From positions 6,822,001 through 6,886,000 of the forward strand of contig CM075990.1 of assembly GCA_038087875.1 (NCBI GenBank): DNA of 64,000 bases. Direction: 5' to 3'. Made by a program: the position numbers and the translations under genes. Position 1 is the first letter of the stretch; each line of letters begins with the position of its first letter. The notes beneath the pieces were generated by a model. That model worked only from the letters and a program-made list of their open reading frames with translations, had not been told where the DNA came from and searched no databases. Positions 1 to 13,041 of the stretch are shown here, one piece after another. The DNA comes from Malacoraja senta (lineage: Eukaryota).

Positions 1-810
1 TATGTGGCAAGCTTTTTTACGAGGAGTGGTCGGTGTCTGGAATAAGTTCATAAGTGATAGGAGCAAAATTAGGCCATTCGGTCCATCAAGTCTACTCTGC
101 CATTCAATCATGGCTGATTTATCTTTCCCTATCTTAACCCCATTCACCTGCATTCTCCCCATAACCCCTATCGGGAATGCAGTACTGGAGAAGTGGTGGA
201 AGCAGTTATGATAGAATGAACAGGTAGGGAAAGGAGGAATATGGACCATGTGCAGGCGGATGGAAGGAGTTTAGCTTGGCATCATGGTCGCAAACATATC
301 GTGGAGAGTTGGGCCTGTTCCCGTGCTGTATTGTCCTATTATTTATGTAGGGAATATGTCCATTGAAAAAGAATCAGGTAATAGATGCCACAGAAGCCTG
401 TCGAGGCAAAGTCAGTGGATATATTTAAGGCAGAGATGGATAGATTCTTGAGTAGAATGGGTGTCAGAGGTTATGGGGAGAAGTGGTTATGAGGAGAGAT
501 AGATCAGCCATGATTGGATGGCGGAGTACACTTGATGGGCCGAATGGCCCAATTTACTCCTATCACTTATGATCTTATGAATAGGGCTTGTTCAAAGAAA
601 TGGAAGTTTGGGAAGGAGAAGTGAAAAGACAAAGGCTTGGTGGGAGGTACCTGAAGAGCAGAAGGCTTTCCACCAAAGGTGGGGCAAAGGAAGAGGGGAA
701 TGTAGTGGAGGTCAGTTTCACGGGTCTGAAGTGGAAGGACATGTGAGGCTGGAGGAGGTTGCACATAATTCTGCAAGGTTGGCCCCAAGAGGGACCTATT
801 TGGTTAAGAG

Positions 811-1258
811 AGGCGCAAAATGCTAGGGTAACTCAGCGGATCAGGCAGCATCTCTGGAGAAAAGGAATTGGTGACGTTTCAGGTCGAGACCCTTCTTCAG
901 ACTGAGAGTCGGGGAGAGGTAAACAAGGGGGATGAAAAGGTACAGAACCGGCACCGATAACAAAAGAGTTCACAATGGTCCATTGTTGGCTGTGGAGGAG
1001 GTGATAATGAGGGGATACGAACAGTAAAACAAACAGGACGATGAGGGTGGGGGAGGGATGGTGAGAGAGGGAATGCAAGGGTTACTTCAAATGAGAGAAA
1101 TCAATATTCATACCACTGGGTTGTAAGCTGCGCAAGCAAAATTTGAGGTGCTGTTCCTCCAATTTGCGTGTGTCTTCACTCTGACACTGGAGGAGGCTTA
1201 GGACAGAAAGGTCAGTATGAGAATGGGAAGGAGAGTTAAAATGGTTGGCAACCAGGCG
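811..1258 (-). mobile_element. Penelope-like element 3' fragment: GIY-YIG C-terminus, 3' region, hammerhead motif and tail
   Basis: ANHFNSPSHSHTDLSVL...RKLEEQHL...LQPSGMNIDFS resembles a PLE endonuclease end. It is followed by CTGAAGAAGGGTCTCGACCTGAAACGTC on the minus strand at about 872-900. Confidence 0.8.
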
Positions 1259-1879
1259 ATTGCCGGGAGAACTGGCCAGTCTCATATTGCCGTAAGGCAA
1301 AGAGTGCGTTTAGAGTGGAAATGCTTTTAACCTCTGCGGGACCTCATCTCCCTTTCTGGATGGGATTGACATGGTCCTTTACTGTCAAAGCTTTGTGTTG
1401 CATGCTATCCAGTCAGATCAGATATACTATACATAAGTCCAATCAAGTCAAACTCGTCTAATAGGTAGAGCCAAGGAGAAGATACAGCATGCAGAATATA
1501 GTTCACATCATTGTAGTGCAACAGCCCGATGGACAAAGTCCAATATCCACAGTGGGGTAGAGGTGAAAATACCATTAGAACATTTAGACATGGTGCTATA
1601 CTTGTAGGTAGTGAAAAGATTTAAGTGTTGAGTGACTGTGTTGGGTGATGGCAGATCCTCCTCTGGGAAGGACGCGCAAAGAGTCGCCACCCTCCGGTGC
1701 CATCAATGTTGAATTGCCGCCCTCTGTCTTAGACCAGAGTTGGCAGAACAAGCTGTTGCAGTATTACTGTGTGCAACTCTTCAAGGCTGCGGTATGTGCT
1801 GTAACAACCCAGTAGTACCAGTGACAGGACTGGCTGGCGTACATACACTGGGAAGGCAGGAGGAAGGCTGCTGCCCTAA

Positions 1880-1910
<31 letters not shown>

Positions 1911-2209
1911 ACACAGCGGCCTTCATGTGCCCCCACAGACCCGTGAGCCGCACTCGATCCCACAAGGCATGAGACTGCGCAACCACGCTAACGTCATCTA
2001 CGACAGACGGCCAAGTGATGGGAAATAAAGGCTGGAAACACTCGATGGCTCAGACCAGGGTCATCTTAACAGTATTATAGGTCCCCGGGCAATGCAGTGC
2101 ACTGGGGCTCCTACCTACACTGAGAAGTGCCTCTTCTTCTGATCCGTCATATCTAGTAAGACGTACACTTCGCTTTTGTTCCCGTTTTTTTCACATCGCG
2201 ATAATCTTT

Positions 2210-3005
2210 GGTGGCAAAAATGGGAAGGCAGACTATTATCTAAATGGTGGCCGATTAGGAAATGGGGAGATGCAGCGAGACCTGGGTGTCATGGTACACC
2301 AGTCATTGAAAGTAGGCATGCAGGTGCAGCAGGCAGTGAAGAAAGCGAATGGTATGTTGGCCTTCATAGCAAGAGGATTTGAGTATAGGAGCAGGGAGGT
2401 TCTACTGCAGTTGTACAGGGTCTTGGTGAGACCACACCTGGAGTATTGCGTACAGTTTTGGTCTCCAAATCTGAGGAAGGACATTATAGCCATAGAGGGA
2501 GTGCAGAGAAGGTTCACCAGACTGATTCCTGGGATGTCAGGACTTTCATATGAAGAAAGACTGGATAGACTTTGCTTATACTCGCTAGAATTTAGGAGAT
2601 TGAGAGGGGATCTTATAGAAACGTACAAAATTCTTATGGGGTTGGACAGGCTAGATGCAGGAAGATTGTTCCCGATGTTGGGGAAGTCCAGGACAAGGGG
2701 TCACAGCTTAAGGATAAGGGGGAAATCCTTTAAGACCGAGATGAGGAAAAACTTTTTCACAGAGAGTGGTGAATCTCTGGAACTCTCTGCCACAGAGGGT
2801 AGTTGAGGCCAGTTCATTGGCTATATTTAAGAGGGAGTTAGATGTGGCCCTTGTGGCTAAAGGGATCAGGGGGTATGGAGAGAAGGCAGGTACGGGATAC
2901 TGAGTTGGATGATCAGCCATGATCATATTGAATGGCGGTGCAGGCTCGAAGGGCCGAATGGCCTACTCCTGCACCTATTTTCTATGTATCTATGTATCTA
3001 TCTGA
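2210..3005 (+). mobile_element. CR1/HER1 LINE 3' fragment nested in the hAT element
   Basis: RDLGV...LVRPHLEYCVQFWSP...RTRGHSL, followed by the 3' UTR and a CTATGTAT-type tail. Confidence 0.92.
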
Positions 3006-3662
3006 ATCTGGACACCTACTCCTTCCAATTCGTATTCACTAAATTCGTCTCTAATTTCCTAAAGATAGTTTTTCAGAGACTCAAGAAGATTCATGGCAAC
3101 AAGTATGTTCATGTCCTCTGACCGCAGGACCTTACTTGTTTTGTTCACTCTTTCAAGAATGTCATCCCAAATAATTGTGAGAAAGATGGTTTCCAGGTTC
3201 TCCATTTTCTCGCTCAACCCTTCTGCCCCTCAACCCAACATGCCAGCTGATACAGAATCCAGTGCATGTTTAATTTTCTCCAAACCCCCATGAACAGCAT
3301 CAAAATGTGACGACCATCTCGTGTCAGACAGACGCTTGACCACAACATCTAAAGATGATGCCAGAATATTCCATCGATGTGTAGAAGCGGAGAAAAAGGA
3401 ATACAGACACTGAACAAAGGCAAAGAATTTTACAGTCTGTAGACAAGACTCTGCCGCTTTTACACCCACCAAGTTCAGGCTGTGGCCAGCACAGGGGACA
3501 TAGATGGCAAACTCATTCAGTTGATGAATCCGTGCTTGCAATCCAGTATAGCGTCCAGACATATTTAAGGCATTGTCATACGACTGACCACAGCAGTTTG
3601 ATAGTGGAATTTTGTTCTCATTAAGGAAATCCACAACAGTGTCTGCTAGGTTTTTTGCTCCA
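3006..3662 (-). pseudogene. hAT (ZMYM1-like) transposase remnant
   Basis: GQSYDNALNMSGRYTGLQARI...YVPCAGHSLNL...LSDTRWSS are hAT catalytic-core motifs. The sequence is fragmented. Confidence 0.85.
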
Positions 3663-6600
3663 TGAGCAAAGAGTCGTTTTGTTTTTTGAGTCGTTTTTTT
3701 GTGTGGTTTTTTTTAATCGTTGAGACGGGGGTTTTTTGGGGGGGGGTCTTTTTTTTTCTTTATAAATCATGTTTCTCGGGGTATCGTCGCGCGATTGTCA
3801 CGCGCGTCATCATGCGTCCGCACAGCCGTCTGGAGCGCATGGACATAATTTGAAGGTAGACAAAAATGCTGGAGAAACTCAGCGGGTGCAGCAGCATCTA
3901 TGGAGTGAAGGAAATAGGCAACGTTTCGGGCCGAAACCCTTCTTCAGTCATTTGAAGATAGATACAAAATGCTGGAGTAACTCAGCGGGACTGGCAGCAT
4001 CTCTGGAGAGAAGGAATGGGTGATGTTTCAGGTCAAGACTCCTCTTCAGTCTGAAAAGAAGGGTCTCGACCCGAAACGTCACCCATTGCTTCTCTCCAGA
4101 GATGCTGCTGGTCCCGCTGAGTTACTCCAGCATTGTGTGTCTATCTCCAATCGTCTTGGCCCCGCTCTGGGAGTAGGAGTGGGATCCGCAACGGCCGTGA
4201 GCCCCAGGCCGAGCTCGGCGATCGCTTTGCCTGCTTCTGCTGCTGTTGGAGGTGAGACGTCATTTACGCCCGGTGGAGCGCGAAGGTTTTTCGTGCAGAA
4301 CGAAATCCTGGAGCGCTGCGCGATACCGCACGCAACTCCACACTCCTCCACGCCACTCCATGCGGCCGTCCCGCGCTACCCACACGCTACCCACATGCTG
4401 CCAGGTCGCATAAATGACGCACAAATGACGGCCAAGTGGGACAGGCCCTTTACCGTTACAGATTTGGGTATTTCCTCTTGTGGAATGTCCCCAGCAGCAG
4501 GAATGATACCATTAGTATGTCTGCTGGAGCAACTGGATGATTGGATGCAGGAGTGGGTGTAGATATGGATGCTGTATTTGAAGGAGCAGCTACATGCTTA
4601 TCCTACAAGTATTCCTAATTAATCTCAGATGCAATCTCTAATAACCAATGGCATATCAATATAACCAATATCATTGCTATTAACTGTCAAGTGAGTTGAA
4701 GTGACCTTAACACATACGCTTTTACGTTATGTAGCACGTGAGATACGTACACATACATGCACGTGTGGTTGCAGAGGTGACCATGATACTAAATGAGAGG
4801 CGAATACCAATATCCACTTGTTATCATAAAAATTAACATGAATATAGTTCATTATCTTTAATAAAACACATGCTAAATATGCATTTTCCAATAACAAATA
4901 TTTATAGTTTAGTATAGTGTAGTATTTATTTATTGACAGCAAGTCACCACATACACAGATTAACATGGGGCCCCAATGCTCGTGGGGCTCCGGGCAACTG
5001 CCCAGCGTGTCCATGCGTTAAGACAGCCTTGGCTCAGACGGCATCTGAAGTCCTTTGAACTGGGAAGGGAAAAAAATCAAGTTAACTTTCCATAGCAGGA
5101 AAGTGGGAGGAAGGATAGGTAGAATGAAGGGATGATTTCTGACAGGCTGAGAACAAATGAGTTAACATTGTCATTGGAGTAGCAGTAGAAGGAGCTGAAA
5201 CACTAACTGTTTCTCTTTCAACCAACCCTGCTGGACGCTTCCAATGGTTTTTATGTTTTTATTTCAGATTTCCAGAATCTGCCCTTTCTTTGACTTCCAT
5301 TTACAATAGCGATGGATGTAGTCTACACAGAATGGGAACGAACAGAATCCATGAACGGAATCCATACACTTGTAGCTTTCTCACAACATCTGCTTTGGCA
5401 GCCAGCTCACAGACAGGAGACTCGGTAGTGAGTGAAGTGAGCTACTGTGAGCAGAGCAGTCTTGAATCGTTAATGAAGCAAATGCAGAACGTGGCTCATT
5501 GAAAGCTAAACGCTGCTTTCCCTACGCTGTTGCGAACAGCTGGCTGCCATCAGAGTTGCACCAAATGAGATTTTTGCTGTGAAGGATTGTGTTGAATTGT
5601 TGGTTGCAGTTCCCTATTCCCATATTTGATATCCTGATGTTCAGAGCAGCAACGGATTAAGAAGGGGCCACCTGCTCTCTCCAATGAACCACACTTAATT
5701 TATCTGCTCCTGGATTTCTCCAATTTAATTACGAAGGAGGTCAATAACCAGGAGGTAACACTTGCGGAAGCGAGAAAACAGAAATCTCCCCACGACCGTG
5801 GAGATAATTGAACAGAACTGCAGGACATCAGTGTCTGTCAGCAGTTATATTGACTCCGTTCTACACATGTAATTCCTTCAGTTCCATCAAAGCAGACCAA
5901 TGTTCCTCAGAATGTTGAAATCATTTATGTCTAACTTATCCCAATTGGCGTCAATCTTATTCTTGATATTTAAAACAGAATCCATTATCACGTCGGACCT
6001 ACAGTTCTGAATGATTAAAACTGTTTGTAGTAATTTAGATTACAAGCTGAGGTTGAATGTGAAGTCTAACATCTGTTGTGTTGAGACCTTTACACTGAGA
6101 GCCAACCACACATTGTTAGCAAACGGGTGGATAAGGGCAGTGCTGTTGTGACAGAGAAAACAATGTTAGTTTGTCCAGCATCTCTAACCCAGACAATGTC
6201 CCTCTTCTGCACCCTGTCCATAGCCTCCACATTCTTCCTGGCAATCAGAACTGCACGTGGTACTCCAAATGTGGCCTAACCAAAGTTTTATACAGCTACA
6301 ACATGGTTTTGTGTATTTTATATTCAATGACCTGATCAATGACATGTTTGTTATGCACCTCTTTCCCACCCTATCTACTTGTGTTGCCACTTTCAGGGTG
6401 GCTATGGACTTGCACCGCAAGATCCTTCTATATAGAATCATTGCTTTTGATTCCACTGTGTACATTTTTCTTACATTTATCCTCCTAAATTGCAACACCT
6501 CACACTGGTGCAGATTAAACTCCGCGACGAAAGCGTCCTCGCTGCGTCCGCGGCTGAAGCCCCGGGCACGTCCCCAGGAAAGGCCACACCGATCCTCGAT

Positions 6601-7425
6601 GTTAGGCCACCAGGGAGGCGACCAAAACGCCCCCCCCCCCACCACCCCAACACAAGACACATGGAGAGACATTAAAAACATACATTAAGACACACTAAAA
6701 AAAAAAGTAGAAAAAACTAACACGCTGCTGGCAGGGCTGCCGGCTCGCAGCGCCCCCACCAGGAGAGAGTGAAGAAATAACTGGACACAAAACTAGCTGG
6801 TTCTTGGGACATTGTAAAAAATAATTATTTATTTGTTGCTACGCATTAAAAAAATTATAAATGTACAGTTAAACATACAAAAAGAGGATTTTAAATACAA
6901 GTACTGGTTATATTGAAGTTAACTTTAAGGATATTCAAGTGAATATCTTTCTCAAGATAGGGACTCGAAATACAATGTATTTATTTCAGCGATTGTTATT
7001 TTATTGTTTATAAAATTATATAAACTATGAAAATTCATCACATGAAGAATAAGACTGAACTCCATGTTCAACAAATCCATAAGGAATTTTACAGGTGTAA
7101 ATTAACGCTTGCTAAAGACTAATATCTATCCGATCATGGGTGCTAATAGCTGGAATTAAATTAAGATGCATGTATCGACTATCATTTAGTTTGTTATCTT
7201 AACGGTTGCCAATGTGAAAAATTAGACTGAATTGATTTCACCCCAAGCATCCGTGATCATATTCTAATTTAACAGGTAACTTTACTTGGATCAAGCTATT
7301 TACTTATTGGGCCAACTCCTTTGAAAATTCTTTATTTTAAAATGCTTTGGTCTAAAGTGTATAAATGCTGGCTGAATGCCACCTATTCCAAACATTGGGA
7401 AGAAGGCCATGCTTCACATATTAAG

Positions 7426-7765
7426 GGCGGCACAGAGGCACAGTCAGAAGTGCTGCCGTCTCACAGCGCAGAGTGCCGGGTTTAATACTGACTTCAGTGC
7501 TGTCTGCGTGGAGTTCGCATGCTCTCCTTGTGGCTACTACCTGAGTTTCCTCTGGGTGCTCCAGTTTTCCCCTCACATCCCAAAGGTGTCAGAGTTGCGA
7601 GGTTGATTGATTGCTGTAAATTTGCCCTGTAGCTGAAGAATACAATCGGAGGGAGTTGATGAATGGAGAATTGAGGGATTAGTGAAGGATGAGTGGGTGG
7701 TTGATGGTCTGTGCAGGCTCGGTGGGCTGAAGGACCTGTTTCCATACTGTTTCTCTCTGACGACT
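7426..7765 (+). mobile_element. HE1-type tRNA-derived V-SINE (diverged)
   Basis: tRNA-like head, V-domain GTGGAGTTCGCATGCTCTCC and LINE-like 3' end GAAGGACCTGTTTCC. Confidence 0.75.
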
Positions 7766-8067
7766 CTATGGCTACTCAGCTAACTGGGATTGTGATAAAT
7801 CACAAGGGATTGGGGAGGGATTGGAAGGAAAGGTATAGATAAGTTTTTGGTTCCTTTCCTAAAAAGAGAACATGAGTAACAGTAATGACAGGATTAGAAT
7901 TACTCAACAAAACATATTTTTATCCCCAGTAGACTAGGAAACCTCTGGAATGTGTTGTCATCAGGTGTAGTAGATGTTGACTTGTCTTTCAAGGGGGACC
8001 TGGACCAGTTGATGATTGAGTTCCTATCTGATAGAATTTGGATTTATTTATCAATAGAACTTCACTC

Positions 8068-10865
8068 ATAGAAACATAGAAACATAGAAAATAGGGCCAT
8101 TCGGCCCTTCGAGCCTGCACCGCCATTCAATATGATCATGGCTGATCATCCAACTCAGTATCCTGTACCTGCCTTCTCTCCATACCGCCTGATCCCTTTA
8201 GCCACAAGGGCCACATCTAACTCCCTCTTAAATATAGCTAATGAACTGGCCTCAACTACCTTCTGTGGCAGAGAATTCCAGAAATTCACCACTCTCTGTG
8301 TGAAAAATGTTTTCCTCATCTCGGTCCTAAAAGATTTCCCCCTTATCCTTAAACTGTGACCCCTTGTTCTGGACTTCCCCAACATCGGGAACAATCTTCC
8401 TGCATCTAGCCTGTCCAACCCCTTAAGAATTTTGTACGTTTCTATAAGATCCCCCCTCAATCTTCTAAATTCTAGCGAGTACAAACCGAGTCTATCCAGT
8501 CTTTCTTCATATGAAAGTCCTGACATCCCAGGAATCAGTCTGGTGAACCTTCTCTGTACTCCCTCTATGGCAAGAATGTCTTTCCTCAGATTAGGAGACC
8601 AAAACTGTACGCAATACTCCAGGTGTGGTCTCACCAAGACCCTGTACAACTGCAGTAGAACCTCCCTGCTCCTATACTCAAATCCTTTTGCTATGAATGC
8701 TAACATACCATTCGCCTTCTTCACTGCCTGCTGCACCTGCATGCCTACTTTTAATGACTGGTGTACCATGACACCCAGGTCTCGTTGCATCTCCCCTTTT
8801 CCTAATCGGCCACCATTCAGATAATAGTCTACTTTCCTGTTTTTGCCACCAAAGTCGATAACCTCACATTTATCCACATTATACTGCATCTACCATGCAT
8901 TAGCCCACTCACCCAGCCTATCCAAGTCACCTTGCAGCCTCCTAGCATCCTCCTCGCAGCTAACACTGCCCCCCAGCTTCATGTCATCCGCAAACTTGGA
9001 GATGTTGCATTCAATTCCCTCGTCCAAATCATTAATATATATCGTAAATAGCTGGGGTCCCAGCACTGAGCCTTGCGGTACCCCACTAGTCACTGCCTGC
9101 CATTGTGAAAAGGACCCGTTTACTCCTACTCTTTGCTTCTGTCTGCCAGCCAGTTCTCTATCTACATCAATACTGAACCCCGAATACCATGTGCTTTAAG
9201 TTTGTATACTAATCTCTTATGTGGGACCTTGTCGAAAGCCTTCTGAAAGTCCAGATATAACACATCCACTGGTTCTCCCTTATCCACTCTACTAGTTACA
9301 TCCTCGAAAAATTCTATAAGATTCGTCAGACATGATTTACCTTTCATAAATCCATGCTGACTTTGTCCAATGATTTCACCACTTTCCAAATGTGCTGCTA
9401 TCCCATCTTTAATAACTGATTCTAGCAGTTTCCCCACTACCAATGTTAGACTAACTGGTCTGTAATTCCCCGTTTTCTCTCTCCCTCCCTTTTTAAAAAG
9501 TGGGGTTACATTAGCTACCCTCCAATCCTCCAATCCTCAGGAACTACTCCAGAATCTAAAGAGTTTTGAAAAATTATCACTAATGCATCCACTATTTCTG
9601 GGGCTACTTCCTTAAGTACTCTGGGATGCAGCCTATCTGGCCCTGGGGATTTATCGGCCTTTAACACCACTTCCCAGCTAACTTGGATTTCACTCAGTTC
9701 CTCCAGCTCATTTGACCCCCAGTCCCCTGCTATTTCCGGCAGATTATTTATGTCTTCCTTAGTGAAGACAGAACCAAAGTAGTTATTCAATTGGTTTGCC
9801 ATGTCCTTGTTCCCCATGACCAATTCACCTGTTTCTGACTGCAAGGGACCTACATTTGTTTTAACTAATCTTTTTCTCTTCACATACCTATAAAAGCTTT
9901 TGCAGTCAGTTTTTATGTTCCCTGCCAGTTTTCTTTCATAATCTATTTTCCCTTTCCTAATTAAGCCCTTTGTCCTCCTCTGCTGGACTCTGAATCTCTC
10001 CCAGTCCTCTGGTAGGCTGCTTTTTCTTGGCTAATTATATGCTTCATCTTTTCTTTTGATACTATCCCTGATTTCCCTTGTTATCCACTACCTTCCCTGA
10101 TTTATTTTTTTGCCAAACTGGGATGAACAATTGTTGTAATTCATCCATGCAGTCTTTAAATGCCTTCCATTGCATATCTACCGTCAACCCATTAAGAATC
10201 AATTGCCAGTCTATCTTGGCCAATTCACTTCTCATACCCTCAAAGTTACCTTTCTTTAAGTTCAGGACCCTTGTTTCTGAATTAACAATGTCACTCTCCA
10301 TCCTAATGAAGAACTCAACCATATTATGGTCACTCTTGCCCAAGGGGCCACGCACAACAAGACTGCTAACTAACCCTTCCTCATTACTCAATACCCAATC
10401 TAGAATAGCCTGCTCTCTCGTTGGTTCCTCTACATGTTGGTTTAGAAAACTATCCCGCATACATTCCAAGAAATCCTCTTCCTCAGCACCCTTGCCAATT
10501 TGATTCACCCAATCTATATGTAGATTGAAGTCACCCATTATTACTGTTTTACCTTTGTTGCACGCATTTCTAATTTCCTGTTTGATGCCATCCCCAACTC
10601 CACTACTACTGTTAGGTGGCCTGTACACAACTCCCACTAGCGTTTTCTGCCCCATAGTGTTTCGCAGCTCTACCCATATCGATTCCACATCCTCCAAGCT
10701 AATGTCCTTCCTTTCTATTGCGTTAATCTCCTCTCTAACCAGCAACGCTACCCCACCTCCTTTCCCTTTCTGTCTATCCCACCTGAATATTGAATATCGC
10801 TGGATGTTCAGCTCCCAGCCTTGGTTACCCTGGAGCCATGTTTCCGTGATCCCAACTATATCATC
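8068..10865 (-). mobile_element. 5'-truncated CR1/HER1 LINE with disrupted ORF2 (APE endonuclease and RT)
   Basis: ITETWL, GDFN and SDHN endonuclease motifs. RT motifs [21 protein letters not shown] and FADD. (CTATGTTT)n tail at 8068-8092. Several stops and frameshifts. Confidence 0.96.
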
Positions 10866-11250
10866 CCAACTATCCCAACTCAGCTTCTCGTTCTCACCCA
10901 GCACGCAGCTAACAATGGCCTGTTTCCTTTATCATCATTACTTTTTGTGCATATCTTTCATTCATCGTTCTATATCTCACCACCCCGTCATCTGTATCTC
11001 TCGTTTCCCTTTCCCGTGACTTTCAGTCTGAAGAAGGGTCTCAACCCGAAACGCCACCCATTCCTTCTCTCCAGAGATGCTGCCGGTCCCGCTGAATTAC
11101 TCCAGCTTTTTGTGCCTATCCTCACTATAAGATATCTTGAACTAGTTTTGATTGATGATCTGAAGTAGGGCCCCAACCCGAAACGTCACTTATCCATGTT
11201 CTCTGGGGATGCTGCCTGACCTACTGGGTTACTCCAGCACTTTGTGCTTT
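10866..11250 (+). mobile_element. Two tandem Penelope-like 3' fragments with decayed hammerhead motifs
   Basis: CTGAAGAAGGGTCTCAACCCGAAACGCC at 11028 and CTGAAGTAGGGCCCCAACCCGAAACGTC at 11160, each followed by the shared GATGCTGCC...TTACTCCAGC tail. Confidence 0.75.
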
Positions 11251-11697
11251 TATTTGATTGTTAACATTGAATAAGAGGAACTTTTCATCTTATTTATTCT
11301 CTCATTGGTAATTTCCTTCCACATTCCCTGTGCTATTTCTTTGAATTGTCTCTTTTTCCCTTTCCAGTAGATTACAGGAAGCCTTTAGAGGGAAGAGCAT
11401 TTAAAAAGTATCTGGTAAGCATTTGAAGTGCCCAGACCAGAAGGCTATCGCCAAAATATTGGTAAATACAATTAGTATAAATGCTTTGTGGTCAGCATGG
11501 ACATGATGGGCCAAAGGGTCTGTCTGTGCTATATGACACGACTCCATAATTGATAGCAACCACAATACAACGTTTTTCTTCATCCATTAAAATAGATTGT
11601 AAAGAAACAATTCAATTTATCAAGTAAAGAATCCGTCATAAAGTTGAAGTAATTTTAAAATTGGTTGCAAACTATTGAATCAAATATACAAATCAGA

Positions 11698-11703
11698 TTT
11701 ATT
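11698..11703 (-). terminator. Candidate polyadenylation signal AATAAA for the PTPN20-like gene
   Basis: First canonical minus-strand AATAAA I found downstream of the stop (about 1.25 kb). Motif only. Confidence 0.25.
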
Positions 11704-12901
11704 ATTAGATTATTCCTGAAGTGTCTGACTGTTCACCTGCATTTAAATCAATAACTGCATTTGGGATTACGTTTCTGAAGGGCATATAATGTCTCTAAAG
11801 ATTCTGTTTGACACACAAATCCATCTTACCATTATGACCTGATGTTACTTCACATGTGGTAACTATTACTCATTATGGCACAGCTAATGACAATGTTCGT
11901 TACTGCCAGACATGGAAAGTGTTCATCAAACCTGGTGGCCACACTTCAGGAAGTGACTGAGATGATTTCATGGATATATCTCCTATTTCACCATTTTCCA
12001 CTCATTGTATTTTCCTCCCCTTTACTGAGAGGAGCTACTGTAGCTTCCATTCAATATCTTCAAATCGATTTTCCAAACCTTTGTACTTCAGCTTGACTTT
12101 GGTCAATTAAAATTAAGAGCAGTTTAAAAAAAAAGCAAGCTCTCAGGAGAGCAGAGTATCAAATGTCTGGAACTGATGTCAGAGGTGTTGGTGGAGGAGG
12201 CTATATGATAGGGGTATTCAAGAGGCTTTTAGATAGGCACATGGATATGGAGGAATATGGAACATGTGCACAAGTTCACAAGTTATAGGAGTAAAATTAG
12301 GCCATTCGGCCCATCGTGTGTCTACTCCGCCATTCAATCATGGCTGACCTCTCCCTCCTAATCCCATTTTCCTGCCTTCTCCCCATAACCCTTGACACCC
12401 ATTCTGATCAAGAATTTGTCTATTTCTGCCTTAAAAATATCCACTGACTTGGTCTCCACAGCCCTCTGTGGAAATGAGTTCCACAGATTAACTACCCTCT
12501 GACTAAAAAAGATTAGTTTAACTTGGCATCATGTTCGCCATGGGCATTATGGGCCGAAGGGCTTGTTCATGTGCTCTCCTGTTCTATGTTCTAAGGTCAT
12601 GAGGAGGGGGATTCATGAGTAGTTCAAACTAAATGACAACTAGCTTAGTTGGGTTGAAAACATTTGTGGCATTTAACGTTTCAAAGAAACATTAACTAGA
12701 AAATAACATAAATGTGTGCTTACAAGAGTTACAGGTACATACACTATGAACAGATTCGGTTATAGCTTCTTTAGTTATCATGACCAAGGGGAGAGATCAC
12801 AGCTACATCTTTTGTAAAGTTTTGGCTTTGGAACACTTGTCTTGATCATTTTGCAGTAGAGTAGAGTTGTACTGGCTCGCTCACAAACTACCGTGCTCCC
12901 T

Positions 12902-12941
12902 GCCGCCATGTGATCCCAGCCGCCATGTGATCCCAGCCGCC
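12902..12941. repeat. 17-bp tandem duplication just past the stop codon
   Basis: GCCGCCATGTGATCCCA twice, plus a partial copy. Confidence 0.85.
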
Positions 12942-12954
12942 GTGCCATACTTTG

Positions 12955-13041
12955 TCACAACAACTCCGCCTCTTGTTGGTTTATCTGCTGAATACCCATT
13001 AAAATCTCCACTGCCATGCTGTAGCAGAATAAATACTGATC
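12955..13041 (-). CDS. PTPN20: Last coding exon of the PTP domain, with stop codon
   Basis: Reads cccatgtgcag|DQYLFCYSMAVEILMGIQQINQQEAELL-TGA, completing the QTxxQY motif. Confidence 0.94.
   Translation of the reverse strand, partial: DQYLFCYSMAVEILMGIQQINQQEAELL

Larger units (their letters stand above)
2056..5031 (-). mobile_element. Decayed hAT DNA transposon carrying nested insertions
   Basis: Imperfect TIRs CAGGGTCATCTTAAC / GTTAAGACAGCCTTG, a perfect 8-bp TSD GCTCAGAC (2048-2055 and 5032-5039) and internal transposase remnants. Confidence 0.88.

Noticed and set aside
8068..10865. Active autonomous LINE
   Set aside because: ORF2 is 5'-truncated and broken by several frameshifts and stops, and there is no ORF1.
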